A program made the position numbers and the translations under genes. From Candidatus Zhuqueibacterota bacterium (GTDB lineage: Bacteria; Zhuqueibacterota; Zhuqueibacteria; Thermofontimicrobiales; Thermofontimicrobiaceae), in assembly GCA_049322915.1 (NCBI GenBank), contig JBMOPW010000035.1, positions 160,001 to 224,000 of the forward strand: a stretch of 64,000 nucleotides of DNA, written 5' to 3'. Within the stretch, counting starts at the first letter, position 1; every line of letters begins with the position of its first letter. Under the pieces are notes generated by a model. It searched no databases. It saw nothing but the letters and a program-made list of their open reading frames with translations, and was not told the origin of the DNA. Below are positions 8,350-18,551 of this stretch, one piece after another.

Positions 8350-10683
8350 ATGACTCAAATTTCACTCAAATTTTTTTTCAGGAATCCATTCGGATTTTTG
8401 ATCGGCGCCATATCGGCTATTATTCTATTTCTTGTTTTAATGTCGTTTTTGATCACATTCCCGTCCGAAAAACTCGCGCCGCCACCATCGACAATCATTC
8501 GAGACCGCGATGGGGCGATACTGCGCGTGTTTCTTTCGGACAATGACATGTGGTGCCTGCCGATCGCCTCGGCGGATATTTCACCGGCGTTGAAAAAAGC
8601 GGTATTGACTTACGAGGATCGATATTTCTACTGGCATTTTGGAGTTAACCCGGTCTCCATCCTACGCGCGGCGTTGGTGGACATACGGGCGGGACAGATC
8701 GTGCAGGGCGCTTCGACCCTTTCCATGCAGGTGGCGCGGATGATGGAGCCGAAGGAGCGGACATTCCCCAACAAACTCATCGAAATTTTCCGCGCGCTGC
8801 AATTGGAGCTTCGCTTCAGCAAAAAAGAAATTCTAACGTGCTATTTCAATCTGGCGCCATACGGCGGAAACATTGTCGGCATCGGCGCGGCCTGCCAACT
8901 GTATTTCAACAAAAGCCCGGAAAAAATCAGCCTCGGCGAAGCGGCGCTGTTGGCAGCAATTCCCAATTCTCCCAATCTGCTTCGGCCGGATTTCAATGCG
9001 GAAGCCGCGGCAAATGCCCGGAACAAGGTGCTGAATCTGCTTTTTGACCGGGGCAAAATTTCAAGCAGCGAATTGGACGAGGCGCTGTCCGAGCCGATTC
9101 CGAATCAGCGATTCGACATGCCATTTAAAATTCCCCATCTTGCGACAAAACTGGTTGAGCTTCATCCGGGGATGAAAAATTTCACCACGACCATCGACGC
9201 CGCCATTCAACTGTTAGCCGAGAATACGCTCTCCACCTTTCTGACGCCGTGGCGCAGTCGCGACATCAGCAATGGCGCCATTGTGATCATCGAAAATAGA
9301 AGCCGCGACGTGCTGGCGTTGGTCGGTTCGTACGATTTCTGGGACGCCGCCAACAGCGGCCAGGTCAACGGCGCCATGTCGCCCCGCTCGCCGGGATCGG
9401 CGCTCAAGCCGTTCGTCTATGCCCTGGGAATGGATGTGGGACTCATCACCCCGAAAAGCCTGCTGTACGATGTGCCGGTGGAGTACCGAAATTATCGCCC
9501 GGTCAATTACGACGAGACCTTCAATGGCGTTGTGTCGGTCGAAGAGGCGCTGATCCGTTCGCTCAATGTCCCGGCGGTAAATCTCTCGGCGCAGTTGGGT
9601 GAGAATGGGATCCACGCATTCCTGAACGAGGCCGGCGTCACCACGCTGCCCCGGCCCAACGACTACTACGGCCTCTCCCTCATTCTGGGCGGCTGCGAAG
9701 TGACACTATTGGAATTGACCAATCTGTACTCCGGTCTGGCCAATGGCGGCGCATTTGCCCCCTGTCGTTTGCTGAAAAGCGATGCGCCATCCACGAGCAA
9801 ATCGCTGCTGAGCGAGGGCGCCTGTTTCATCCTCTCGGAGATGCTCAGCCAGGTGCGTCGGCCGGACCTGCCCGCGTCCTGGGAATTTTCTGTGGATCTG
9901 CCGAAAATCGCCTGGAAGACCGGCACATCGTACGGTCACCGCGATGCATGGAGTATCGGCTATACGCCGGCGTTCACCGTCGGCGTCTGGGTCGGGAATT
10001 TTGATGGCACGGGCGCGCCGGAGCTCGTCGGAGCGGAAGTTGCCGCGCCCATTCTGTTTTCGCTATTCTCGGCGCTGGAAAAAACATCGCGGGGGAACTG
10101 GTTCATTCAGCCGGCCTCGGTTCAAAAACGACAGGTGTGCACCGTGAGCGGCATGCTGCTTTCGGAAAACTGCGCATCTTCCCGCGACGAATATTATCTG
10201 CCCGGCATCTCACCGATTCAACAATGCACCATTCATCAGGTGATTCTGGTCGATACAAAGACCGGTACACGATTGTGCTCCCACTGCCGGATTGGGCGGA
10301 GCTACGCGGAAAAGATTGTGGAGCAATGGCCGGCCGAGATCGCCACATGGCTGGAGCGAAGCGGCTATCCCATGACGAAGATACCGGAGCATTATCCGAA
10401 ATGCTCCCAACTACTTTCAGGACAGAAGCCCGTCATCCGCTCGCCGCTGCCTGATACGGAATACAAAATCCGGCCGGCGGTCGCCCTGAAATACCAGAAA
10501 ATCCTGCTGGATGCGTCCGTGTCCAATCGCACGCGGAAAATATTCTGGTTTGTTGACGGGAAAATGGTGTTCGCCGGCGATCCGTCGGAACGGGTATTCA
10601 TCCTGCCGGAGCGCGGTTCCCATCAGGTGATGTGCCTTGACGATGAAGGCCGCAGCACCGAGATGCAGTTCGTTGTGAAATAG
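8350..10683 (+). CDS. pbpC: Penicillin-binding protein 1C
   Basis: Transglycosylase EDRYFYWHFGVN, GASTLSMQ; transpeptidase SALK, SLN, KTGT; C-terminal BiPBP_C-like domain; classic A2M partner. Confidence 0.95.
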   Translation: MTQISLKFFFRNPFGFLIGAISAIILFLVLMSFLITFPSEKLAPPPSTIIRDRDGAILRVFLSDNDMWCLPIASADISPALKKAVLTYEDRYFYWHFGVNPVSILRAALVDIRAGQIVQGASTLSMQVARMMEPKERTFPNKLIEIFRALQLELRFSKKEILTCYFNLAPYGGNIVGIGAACQLYFNKSPEKISLGEAALLAAIPNSPNLLRPDFNAEAAANARNKVLNLLFDRGKISSSELDEALSEPIPNQRFDMPFKIPHLATKLVELHPGMKNFTTTIDAAIQLLAENTLSTFLTPWRSRDISNGAIVIIENRSRDVLALVGSYDFWDAANSGQVNGAMSPRSPGSALKPFVYALGMDVGLITPKSLLYDVPVEYRNYRPVNYDETFNGVVSVEEALIRSLNVPAVNLSAQLGENGIHAFLNEAGVTTLPRPNDYYGLSLILGGCEVTLLELTNLYSGLANGGAFAPCRLLKSDAPSTSKSLLSEGACFILSEMLSQVRRPDLPASWEFSVDLPKIAWKTGTSYGHRDAWSIGYTPAFTVGVWVGNFDGTGAPELVGAEVAAPILFSLFSALEKTSRGNWFIQPASVQKRQVCTVSGMLLSENCASSRDEYYLPGISPIQQCTIHQVILVDTKTGTRLCSHCRIGRSYAEKIVEQWPAEIATWLERSGYPMTKIPEHYPKCSQLLSGQKPVIRSPLPDTEYKIRPAVALKYQKILLDASVSNRTRKIFWFVDGKMVFAGDPSERVFILPERGSHQVMCLDDEGRSTEMQFVVK

Positions 10684-10878
10684 CTGACCGCCGTATTGCT
10701 GCAAATGGTTCAATTCCCTCATTTTTTACAACACTCATTTTCTTCCTGCCTGAGACAAACGCATTTTTACCCATTGGATTCGCGCTAAAAAAAACTGCAA
10801 AACCTGGCAACTTTTTTCCGGTTCAAAATGTCTTTATAGTAGAATTCCATGTAGCAACGAATCGACGAGGAAATTACG

Positions 10879-11229
10879 ATGAACTTTGAAAGAACAATCC
10901 AGGGCAACGTTGTTTTGCTTCCGCTGGAAGGAAAACTGATGGGGGGGACAGAGACAAAGAGCCTTTCAGACGAGCTGCAGCAGCTCGTGGCCACAGGGTA
11001 TACACGAATTGTGCTGGACTTTGAGAATGTAAAATGGATCAACAGTCCCGGCATCGGCGCGCTGATCAAATGGCTCTGCATTCTGCGCGAACACGGCGGC
11101 GATCTCCGCATCACCCACGCGGAAGGGAAAGTCAAAGACTACCTCAAAATCACCAAGCTCATGGACGTGATCAAAATTTTCGACAGCCCCCAGGATGCTG
11201 TGAACAGCTACTCGATATTTGCCTCCTGA
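10879..11229 (+). CDS. STAS-domain anti-sigma factor antagonist
   Basis: IVLDFENVKWINSPGIGAL, GGDLRI, LKITKL; GAGGA RBS. Confidence 0.9.
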   Translation: MNFERTIQGNVVLLPLEGKLMGGTETKSLSDELQQLVATGYTRIVLDFENVKWINSPGIGALIKWLCILREHGGDLRITHAEGKVKDYLKITKLMDVIKIFDSPQDAVNSYSIFAS

Positions 11230-11328
11230 TGTCGAGAATGGCTTACCGGTTACCCCTCCCACTGCGCTTTTCACGGATAATACGCCTCGTACAAACACGC
11301 TCCTATAATACAGCCAGACACTCCCGGC

Positions 11329-11357
11329 TTGACTTTGTCAATTTGTTTACGTATATT
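11329..11357 (+). promoter_or_regulatory. sigma70-type promoter
   Basis: TTGACT-N17-TATATT. Confidence 0.7.
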
Positions 11358-11467
11358 TACTTCCTTTAAAAAATCAAATATCACACGTGCATCGAAATCA
11401 TGGGTATTGGGAGTCGGGCAAGACCATTGCCCTTCCCTATTTCACATTCAAAATCACGAGGTTATTC

Positions 11468-12484
11468 ATGAAACAGGTAGCTATCACAAAAGTTGGCGGC
11501 CCTGACGTTCTGAAAATTCGGGAGTTGCCGAATCCGGTTCCGCAGAGCAACGAAGTTCTCATTCGCGTCAAAGCCGCCGGCGTTAATTTTGCCGATATTT
11601 TAGCCAGAAAGGGAGTCTACCCGGATGCTCCCAAATTGCCCTGCGTCGTTGGGTACGAAGTGTCCGGCATAGTAGAAAACGTCGGAGAGAGCGCGGACAA
11701 ACGGCTGATTGGCAAGCCGGTGCTGGCCTTGACCCGCTTCAACGGCTACTCCGACGTGGTCACCGCCCCGGAAATTCAGGTGGTCGTCAAACCGAATTCG
11801 CTTTCGTTCGAACAGGCTGCGGCCATTCCGGTAAATTATCTCACGGCCTGGCAGTTGCTCGTCGCTATGGGCGGATTGAAGAAAGGTGAATCCATTCTCA
11901 TTCACAATGCCGGCGGCGGCGTTGGCCTGGCTGCGCTGGATATCGCCCGAAAAATTGGCGCCACTACCTTCGGCACTGCCAGTTCTCAAAAACACGACTT
12001 TCTGAAAAGTCGCGGACTGGATCATGCCATCGATTATCGGTCACAGGACTGGACCGAGGAACTCAAACGGCTCACGGACAGAAAAGGCGTCGAACTGATT
12101 ATCGATCCCATCGGCGGTTCTCATTGGAAAAAAAGCTACAAAGCGTTGCGGCATACCGGACGATTGGGGATATTCGGAATCTCGACGGTCTCCACCTCCT
12201 CGCGAAACGGCAAATTGCAGCTACTGAAAATTGTGTTTCAGACATCCAAATTCCATCCGTTCCATTTTATGAACGCCAATCGCGGCGTGTTTGGCGTCAA
12301 CATCGGTCATCTGTGGCACGAAGGTCCCAAAGTGCGCGGCTGGCTCGATGAGATCATGGCCGGAGTGGATCAGAGCTGGATTCGTCCCCATGTCGATAAA
12401 ACATTCCCACTGGAACAGGCCGGCGATGCGCATATCTACATCGAGGAGCGCCGCAACATCGGAAAAGTAATTCTTGTGCCTTAA
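11468..12484 (+). CDS. MDR-family zinc-independent oxidoreductase (VAT-1/quinone oxidoreductase-like)
   Basis: GVNFADILARKGVYP, GYEVSG, PVNYLTAW, HNAGGGVGLA, NIGKVIL; ATG 11468 preceded by GAGG. Confidence 0.9.
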   Translation: MKQVAITKVGGPDVLKIRELPNPVPQSNEVLIRVKAAGVNFADILARKGVYPDAPKLPCVVGYEVSGIVENVGESADKRLIGKPVLALTRFNGYSDVVTAPEIQVVVKPNSLSFEQAAAIPVNYLTAWQLLVAMGGLKKGESILIHNAGGGVGLAALDIARKIGATTFGTASSQKHDFLKSRGLDHAIDYRSQDWTEELKRLTDRKGVELIIDPIGGSHWKKSYKALRHTGRLGIFGISTVSTSSRNGKLQLLKIVFQTSKFHPFHFMNANRGVFGVNIGHLWHEGPKVRGWLDEIMAGVDQSWIRPHVDKTFPLEQAGDAHIYIEERRNIGKVILVP

Positions 12485-12749
12485 GCGACGACTAACTGAA
12501 ATCTATCCATTACAATTTCTTTCAACAGAAAACCAGACACGCTCGCGCCGTGATCTGGTCTTTTATATTTCCTCAGAAACCCATCGGAATCGCCGGGTTG
12601 CTTTGTGAAATCCGGCAACGGATAACGCATTGCCCGACTGACCGCACAGCGCCGACCTTCCATTTCATCGACCTTTCCTGGTTGGCCGCCATTTTCAGAT
12701 TTGGCAATCCGGCACCTTCTGCTGATTCCGTGCGCGGCAATAACTCATC

Positions 12750-12778
12750 TTGACTTTTCCGATTAAAATGTGTAAGTT
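12750..12778 (+). promoter_or_regulatory. sigma70-type promoter
   Basis: TTGACT-N17-TAAGTT. Confidence 0.55.
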
Positions 12779-12852
12779 ACAGCGACATCCGGTTTGGGCA
12801 GCATCTCTGTTTTCCTGAATTCATGAATAAAATATTTCCACGGAGTTCACTC

Positions 12853-15105
12853 ATGTCTAAACTCCTCCCTATCCTGGCATGGTACATTCTTTTATCGTTC
12901 GCCGCAGCTTCCGCCCGGACGACCCAATCGAAAATTGACAGCCTTCACTCCGCAGCGGATTCTTTGATGCAGAAAGGGGATTTGGTTCAGGCCAGACATA
13001 TTTTTGAATCCATCCTGAAACTCGACGATAATGGGCTATCGGCTCGGGCCGCGCTGGGAAAAATTGCCTATCGCCTGGAAGAATGGGGAGAGGTCAAAGA
13101 TCGCTTCGGTGAAATTCTCGACCGCGATCCTCAAAATACCGAAGCGATGTACTATCGGGCGATCTCGTACCGCGAGAGCGGGAAGTTCAAAGTGCTGCTT
13201 CAACGCAAGCTGGATTGGGATAAATCCGATCGTCTGTTCGCACTCGTCATTGAAAGGGACTCCCTGTATCACGATGTATTTCTTCAATACGCCCTGCTGC
13301 AACGATACCGCGAGCGTTATGAACAGGCGATTCTGCTCTGTCACAAACAGATGAAACTGACGCCGGCGCTCATTGAACCGCACGTGGAAATCTTTCGATT
13401 TTACCGCTACCTCATTCTGCATCGAAATGGGAAGGAATCGCTCGCGTGGCTGGAATCGCAACAGCGCGACGAAGCTGCCTACGCCATCGGTGAGAAGTTG
13501 AGACGGGACGGAAAATTGGACCAGGCCGGGCAGCAACTCCTGTCACTGCTGAACCAGCCGCTGGTCATGCCGCGACAGCCCATTTACCTGGCATTGGCGC
13601 GGATTCATTACGAAAAGAAAGCAGCGAGCGAGGCTGAAAAATATTTCCGGACTGCCGTGGACGAAATCCGCGACAAGGTCGACGCCGCACTGGTTTTCGA
13701 AGATATCAAGTATATTTTGAAGGATGAAGAGCTGTCGGAGTATAAGTCGCTCACCACTCCGAATCACTACAGAGATTTCATCCGCAAGCTTTGGGTGAGC
13801 CGCGATCCCACGCCGGCGATGCCCACTAACAATCGATTGGCGGAGCACTATCGCCGATTGCTCTATGCTGAAAAGTATTACACCTATGATGGGTTCCGAA
13901 CCTGGTTCAATAATCCGGATAAACTGAGCTATCTCGCGTTCAATGCAGTTTATAAATTGAATGAGGAATACAACGACAAGGGCTTTATTTACATCCGGCA
14001 TGGCACGCGCGACGATTGGGCAGCGACCCTCGGCGAGGACATCGCGCAGAACGAATCCTGGCTCTACTACCAGACGGAGACCACGCCGCGAATGACCTTT
14101 CACTTTTTCCTCGAAAACACGACGCAATTCTGGCGTCTCGGCCCGGTCATCATCGATCCGATGATGCTGGAAGATCGTTTCACCTGGGGCAGCATCTATT
14201 CCCGCATGGCGCGCGCAGATCCGCTGGAACGATTGGCGCTGGAAAATGAAATGGCCGAACAGAGCAAGCAGTCTGTCGCATCGGCGTTGGCCAGCGACAG
14301 GCATACATGGGAAGTGAAAATCGAGCCGCTAACCATCCCCTATTCCGGCGCTACGTTTCGGGGCGAGGATGGCAACACCTTGCTGGAGATTTACTACGGC
14401 GTTCCGCTCAACAAGTTGAATTTCAAAAACCAGACGGATGACAATCAGATCAAACTGGAAACAGGTTTTTCGCTCCACGATGGCGACTGGAACGAAGTCA
14501 GCAAACGCGAGGATGCGCTCTTTGTGCCCGCCACAAAAACGATGACATTCATTGATGTTCAGCAGATTTCGGTGACGCCGGATTCCTATGCCGTCGCGTT
14601 CCATGTCCGGCAGCCGGAAACGAATATCCTGGGCGGGTGGAAATTTAAAATCCACGCCGACGACTACGCCACAGCCGGGCTGGCCATGAGCGAAATTGAA
14701 CTCGCGCTGAATATTACGCCGGCCACGGTACCGACAAAGTTCTCGAAGCACGGGTTGAACGTCACGCCCAATCCTGCCAGTCGGTTTCCGACGGAGAAGC
14801 CGATGAATCTCTATTTTGAAATTTACGGATTGACGGTGGTTGACCAGCGCAGCGAATTTTCCATTGAATACACGCTCACGCTGTTCAAAAACACCACGCG
14901 GAAATTTTTGGGGTTATTCGGTAGAGGCGGCAAATCGTTCATCACCACAAAAATGGATCGCGAAGGGAGCGGCGAAATGTCGGTCGAATACCTGGCTATC
15001 GATACTAACCTCATGGCGGCCGGTGAGTATGAGTTGCAGGTGAAGGCGATCGATAAACGCACCGGAGAGTCAGTCGTTCGGTCAAAAAAAGTGACGCTGT
15101 TTTAA
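12853..15105 (+). CDS. Exported TPR protein with GWxTD-like domain and C-terminal beta-sandwich region
   Basis: Signal peptide; TPR-like helices; FIRKLWVSRDPTP...NNRLAEHYRRLLYA...DKGFIYIRHG...ESWLY; C-terminal SEIELA...PNP...LYFEIY. Confidence 0.7.
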   Translation: MSKLLPILAWYILLSFAAASARTTQSKIDSLHSAADSLMQKGDLVQARHIFESILKLDDNGLSARAALGKIAYRLEEWGEVKDRFGEILDRDPQNTEAMYYRAISYRESGKFKVLLQRKLDWDKSDRLFALVIERDSLYHDVFLQYALLQRYRERYEQAILLCHKQMKLTPALIEPHVEIFRFYRYLILHRNGKESLAWLESQQRDEAAYAIGEKLRRDGKLDQAGQQLLSLLNQPLVMPRQPIYLALARIHYEKKAASEAEKYFRTAVDEIRDKVDAALVFEDIKYILKDEELSEYKSLTTPNHYRDFIRKLWVSRDPTPAMPTNNRLAEHYRRLLYAEKYYTYDGFRTWFNNPDKLSYLAFNAVYKLNEEYNDKGFIYIRHGTRDDWAATLGEDIAQNESWLYYQTETTPRMTFHFFLENTTQFWRLGPVIIDPMMLEDRFTWGSIYSRMARADPLERLALENEMAEQSKQSVASALASDRHTWEVKIEPLTIPYSGATFRGEDGNTLLEIYYGVPLNKLNFKNQTDDNQIKLETGFSLHDGDWNEVSKREDALFVPATKTMTFIDVQQISVTPDSYAVAFHVRQPETNILGGWKFKIHADDYATAGLAMSEIELALNITPATVPTKFSKHGLNVTPNPASRFPTEKPMNLYFEIYGLTVVDQRSEFSIEYTLTLFKNTTRKFLGLFGRGGKSFITTKMDREGSGEMSVEYLAIDTNLMAAGEYELQVKAIDKRTGESVVRSKKVTLF

Positions 15106-15115
15106 ATCGAGAAAA

Positions 15116-15147
15116 GCCTCCCGATGACAACTGAGCCATCGGGAGGC
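15116..15147. terminator. Hairpin between convergent genes (probably bidirectional terminator)
   Basis: GCCTCCCGATG / CATCGGGAGGC 11-bp stem, with an A-run on the left side. Confidence 0.7.
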
Positions 15148-15163
15148 CTAATTTCTTCAATGA

Positions 15164-16648
15164 CTACTTCCCCAACTCCGCCTTCAGCTTGTCTGCCGTG
15201 GCCCGCGACTTCTGCGCCCAGTCATGGGAGAATTCCGTGAGTATTTTCGCGACCTCTTCCGGATGGTATGTGTAAACTTTCCGCGCTTTGATGTCACATT
15301 TGCTCTGCTCTTTGAATCCATTCTTTTCGAATTCATTCCATTTCTTCTGAACAGCCCGAATCGCCTGGCTATAGTTATCATCCACCATGTCTGTCAACGT
15401 CACGAACGACCAAAATGCATGCAGCTGTGTTTTGTCATGGATATTCGCCGGCGGATTGAAATGCTGGTCCAGCGCAGAACGATAGTCGCCAAAGGCATAT
15501 CCTTCAGGCGTCTCGCTCATGCCAAGATACCACGGCACGAAGGCCTGCGTGTCCGGGCGATGCTGCGCCAGCCAGATCACCGCACCGACCTGCACCGGCA
15601 TCCAACTGCGAAGCTGTGCCACGAAACCGTACTGGGTGAAGCTCGCGCATATCGTCGACGGATTCAAATCGTACGGAGAGCCCAGTGTGTAGCCATTGGT
15701 TTTGTCAAGTTCAGTGCCCACGCAATGATCCCGCAGGACGCGCATTAAATCCTGAACTGTCAGCTTTTCCTTAGGCGCCAGTGAAAACGGAAACTCTGCA
15801 TCAACCGGATAATCTGTCCCTGCTGCCAGATTCACACCGCGCCACATCCGGTAGACATTGCCGGGATTGATCAAATTCTCGGGACTGGAGTATGCGCGCG
15901 CAAAGTGGAAAGCGCCGTCAGTCTCCGGCCGATACCATTGCTGCGCGATGGCATAGTCGATGAGATCCGCAGCGCCCAGATAATTCATGGTGTCCGACAA
16001 ATCCACGTGGCCGATGGTGTAATAATTGGGAAGCACGGCGACATGGTCGTCCGGCACGCGCCGGGCTACCCAGTGCGTCCCGTTCACCGCCGAAAGCATC
16101 CAGCCTTCGTTGGCATCGGCGATGACATACGTCCGACCGGACGATGCATAGCCATACCTTTTGATGAGCGCGCCTCCGATTTTCACCCCTTCCCGGGCCG
16201 TCCGCGCGCGCTCAGCGATTAACCTCCGCAGCCAGTACGCGATGCCGCCATCCTTCAGCATCGCATTCTTCTCCCGGGACGCGCAGGCATCCGATGCGAT
16301 CACCACGCCCCACTCGTTGGCATAACTATCGGAAAACTCCATGCCCGGCATTTCAAACCAGAGGTAGCTGTAGGTCACTTTCACCTGAGGGATGGCTGCC
16401 CCGGCGCCCAGGTTCACCACTTCGCCATCGGCATGTTCGAGCCGCGGCACTCTATAATAATTGACCAATTGCACACCGCCATCATCTTCGTTATGGGCAA
16501 AAAGCACGCTTCCATCGGCAGAGGCCTTCTTGCCAACCAGGATCGAAAAACAGTTAAACTCATTTTCTCCCGTCGATTGGGCCCATGCCATTCCCGCGCT
16601 GATGAGATAAAAAACAAGTGCGATACGCGCCAGTCGATTCGATTTCAT
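15164..16648 (-). CDS. Peptidase C69 family dipeptidase (Ntn-hydrolase), exported
   Basis: Signal peptide then CFSILVGKKASADGSVLFAHNED (N-terminal Cys nucleophile), ANEWGVVI, RARTAREGV, IADANEGW, WVARRVPDD. Confidence 0.9.
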   Translation of the reverse strand: MKSNRLARIALVFYLISAGMAWAQSTGENEFNCFSILVGKKASADGSVLFAHNEDDGGVQLVNYYRVPRLEHADGEVVNLGAGAAIPQVKVTYSYLWFEMPGMEFSDSYANEWGVVIASDACASREKNAMLKDGGIAYWLRRLIAERARTAREGVKIGGALIKRYGYASSGRTYVIADANEGWMLSAVNGTHWVARRVPDDHVAVLPNYYTIGHVDLSDTMNYLGAADLIDYAIAQQWYRPETDGAFHFARAYSSPENLINPGNVYRMWRGVNLAAGTDYPVDAEFPFSLAPKEKLTVQDLMRVLRDHCVGTELDKTNGYTLGSPYDLNPSTICASFTQYGFVAQLRSWMPVQVGAVIWLAQHRPDTQAFVPWYLGMSETPEGYAFGDYRSALDQHFNPPANIHDKTQLHAFWSFVTLTDMVDDNYSQAIRAVQKKWNEFEKNGFKEQSKCDIKARKVYTYHPEEVAKILTEFSHDWAQKSRATADKLKAELGK

Positions 16649-16700
16649 TCGGTTTTCCTTTCAATTTGTTTTTGAACGGACTCGCTGCTACGATGTGCTT

Positions 16701-16729
16701 ACTTTACTAAAATTAAATGAAAAGGTCAA
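16701..16729 (-). promoter_or_regulatory. sigma70-type promoter for the C69 peptidase
   Basis: Minus strand TTGACC-N17-TAAAGT. Confidence 0.55.
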
Positions 16730-16832
16730 TTGATTTTTTCATTTTGCAGCCTTCCCCCGGGTTTCCACGGCACATCGCCCGCTTTGCCCCATCGACTTGC
16801 CCGCGATGGAACCAACAAATATGCCCAGACTA

Positions 16833-16866
16833 AAAATCCCGAACCAGCCGCCTGATTCGGGATTTT
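16833..16866 (-). terminator. Rho-independent terminator downstream of pfk
   Basis: AAAATCCCGAA / TTCGGGATTTT stem, T-tract on the minus strand. Confidence 0.75.
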
Positions 16867-16893
16867 GAAATTCAACTCGATGTGAAACGCGGA

Positions 16894-18096
16894 TTAATCG
16901 CTGGCCATGATGAACAAGGGCTTGGATTCAAAGCTCTTGTAATATGGGCGCAGCCGATCGGTGCTGTAGTATTTCTCCACGTCCACGACTTTTTTATAGC
17001 TGGTCACCACTTCGATGGGCGCGTTATCATAACGACCATTGTTCAAAATGGTGAGTCGGCCGGAGACACCTTCCATAATTAAATCCAGCGCCAAATTGCC
17101 ATAGGCCATGGGGACGATGGAATCAATCGCGTCCGGATCGCCGCAGCGGACCAGATAGCCCAACCGCTGGTTGATCACGTTGATGCGCGTGCCTTTGTTG
17201 AATTTAGCAGTCAGATCTTTCAATTGGTCCGAAATCAAGTCGCCGATGCCGCCCAATTTTTTGTGCCCATACGCGTCAGTTTCCTGACCCTGAAATACCA
17301 TGTCGCCGCCTTCGAACATGGCGCCTTCGGATACCAGCACCACAGAATAATGGCTGGGATTGGTGAAGCGGTCTTCGACCAGCAACTCTGTCAATCGTTC
17401 CATGCTGAATTTGAATTCCGGGATGACGCAACGATTCGCCGCGCCGGCCATCGTCGGCAGCAAAGCTGTGAACCCGGCGTAACGGCCAAAGACTTCAATG
17501 ACCAGAATTCGCTCGTGAGAACCAGCCGAAGTTCTGAGACTGTGGGTCATCTCGATTGTCCGCGTCACGCACGTGCTGAAGCCGATGCAGTAATCGGTGC
17601 CGGCTACGTCATTGTCCATCGTCTTGGGAATGGCGATCACTTTCACGCCTTCCTTATGGAGCCTCGCGCCGTAGCTCAACGTATCGTCGCCGCCAATGGG
17701 AATGAGATAATCAATGCCCAGGAAGCCCAGATTTTTCAACACTTCCGGGGTTAAATCATTGGTATCATTGTTGTATTTGCTGCGCAGGAATTCCGGGACC
17801 CGCGATTTGGGCACCGCGCTCGGCCGCGTTCTGGATGTGTGCAAAAAAGTCCCGCCGGTTCGGCCAACTTTGTTGACGATTTCCTCGGTCAGGTGAATGA
17901 AATTCTCTTTATTATCAGCGTCTTTTTCAGGGACGATTTCAACCATGCCTGCCCAACCACGACGGATACCAATGACCTCATACCCTTCGCGAATGGCGCG
18001 AATGGTGACAGCACGGATGGCTGGGTTCAACCCGGGAACATCACCACCGCCGGTTAATATGGCAATTCTTCCTTTTTTCACATTGATGTTAGCCAT
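16894..18096 (-). CDS. pfkA: 6-phosphofructokinase (PfkA family), probably PPi-dependent
   Basis: TGGGDVPGLN, GGTFLHTSR, IGGDDTL, PKTMDND, EVFGRYAG, SEGA, LGYLVRCG. Confidence 0.92.
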   Translation of the reverse strand: MANINVKKGRIAILTGGGDVPGLNPAIRAVTIRAIREGYEVIGIRRGWAGMVEIVPEKDADNKENFIHLTEEIVNKVGRTGGTFLHTSRTRPSAVPKSRVPEFLRSKYNNDTNDLTPEVLKNLGFLGIDYLIPIGGDDTLSYGARLHKEGVKVIAIPKTMDNDVAGTDYCIGFSTCVTRTIEMTHSLRTSAGSHERILVIEVFGRYAGFTALLPTMAGAANRCVIPEFKFSMERLTELLVEDRFTNPSHYSVVLVSEGAMFEGGDMVFQGQETDAYGHKKLGGIGDLISDQLKDLTAKFNKGTRINVINQRLGYLVRCGDPDAIDSIVPMAYGNLALDLIMEGVSGRLTILNNGRYDNAPIEVVTSYKKVVDVEKYYSTDRLRPYYKSFESKPLFIMASD

Positions 18097-18227
18097 GTTG
18101 ATTACTCCATTTAAATGATTCGTTGTTTATTTCGGTATCGAAAACGGTTAAATTTCCCTTCCTGGTTCGCACAGCCTCTGGGCTGTCTTTCACGCCCGGG
18201 GGTATGAGAATAATTTTTTAAAGCGCA

Positions 18228-18256
18228 AATATAACTTATTTAAAAGATATAGTCAA
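18228..18256 (-). promoter_or_regulatory. sigma70-type promoter for pfk
   Basis: Minus strand TTGACT-N17-TATATT. Confidence 0.7.
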
Positions 18257-18461
18257 TATTTTTTTCCACTTTCCCATCCTAAATTCTAAATGTTACTTAA
18301 AATTATCATTCACTCGACACGCCTGCATTTCATCCCAATTATTGCTGCGCGTTAAAACGGAAGCGCGGTCACACAGCAGGATATTCGGCCATTCATACTA
18401 TGTCCGGCAACAATCGGCCCCCGGCTCCCCAGATTTTTTTAAATTACAAAAATGAATACTC

Positions 18462-18490
18462 TTGATTTTTCAGGGTTATATATGTATATT
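18462..18490 (+). promoter_or_regulatory. sigma70-type promoter for the tricorn-like protease
   Basis: TTGATT-N17-TATATT. Confidence 0.65.
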
Positions 18491-18551
18491 GTCCATCAGT
18501 TGACGGATGTAATCGCCTGTACTAAAACCGACTTTCAGAAAGGAGCTTCGC

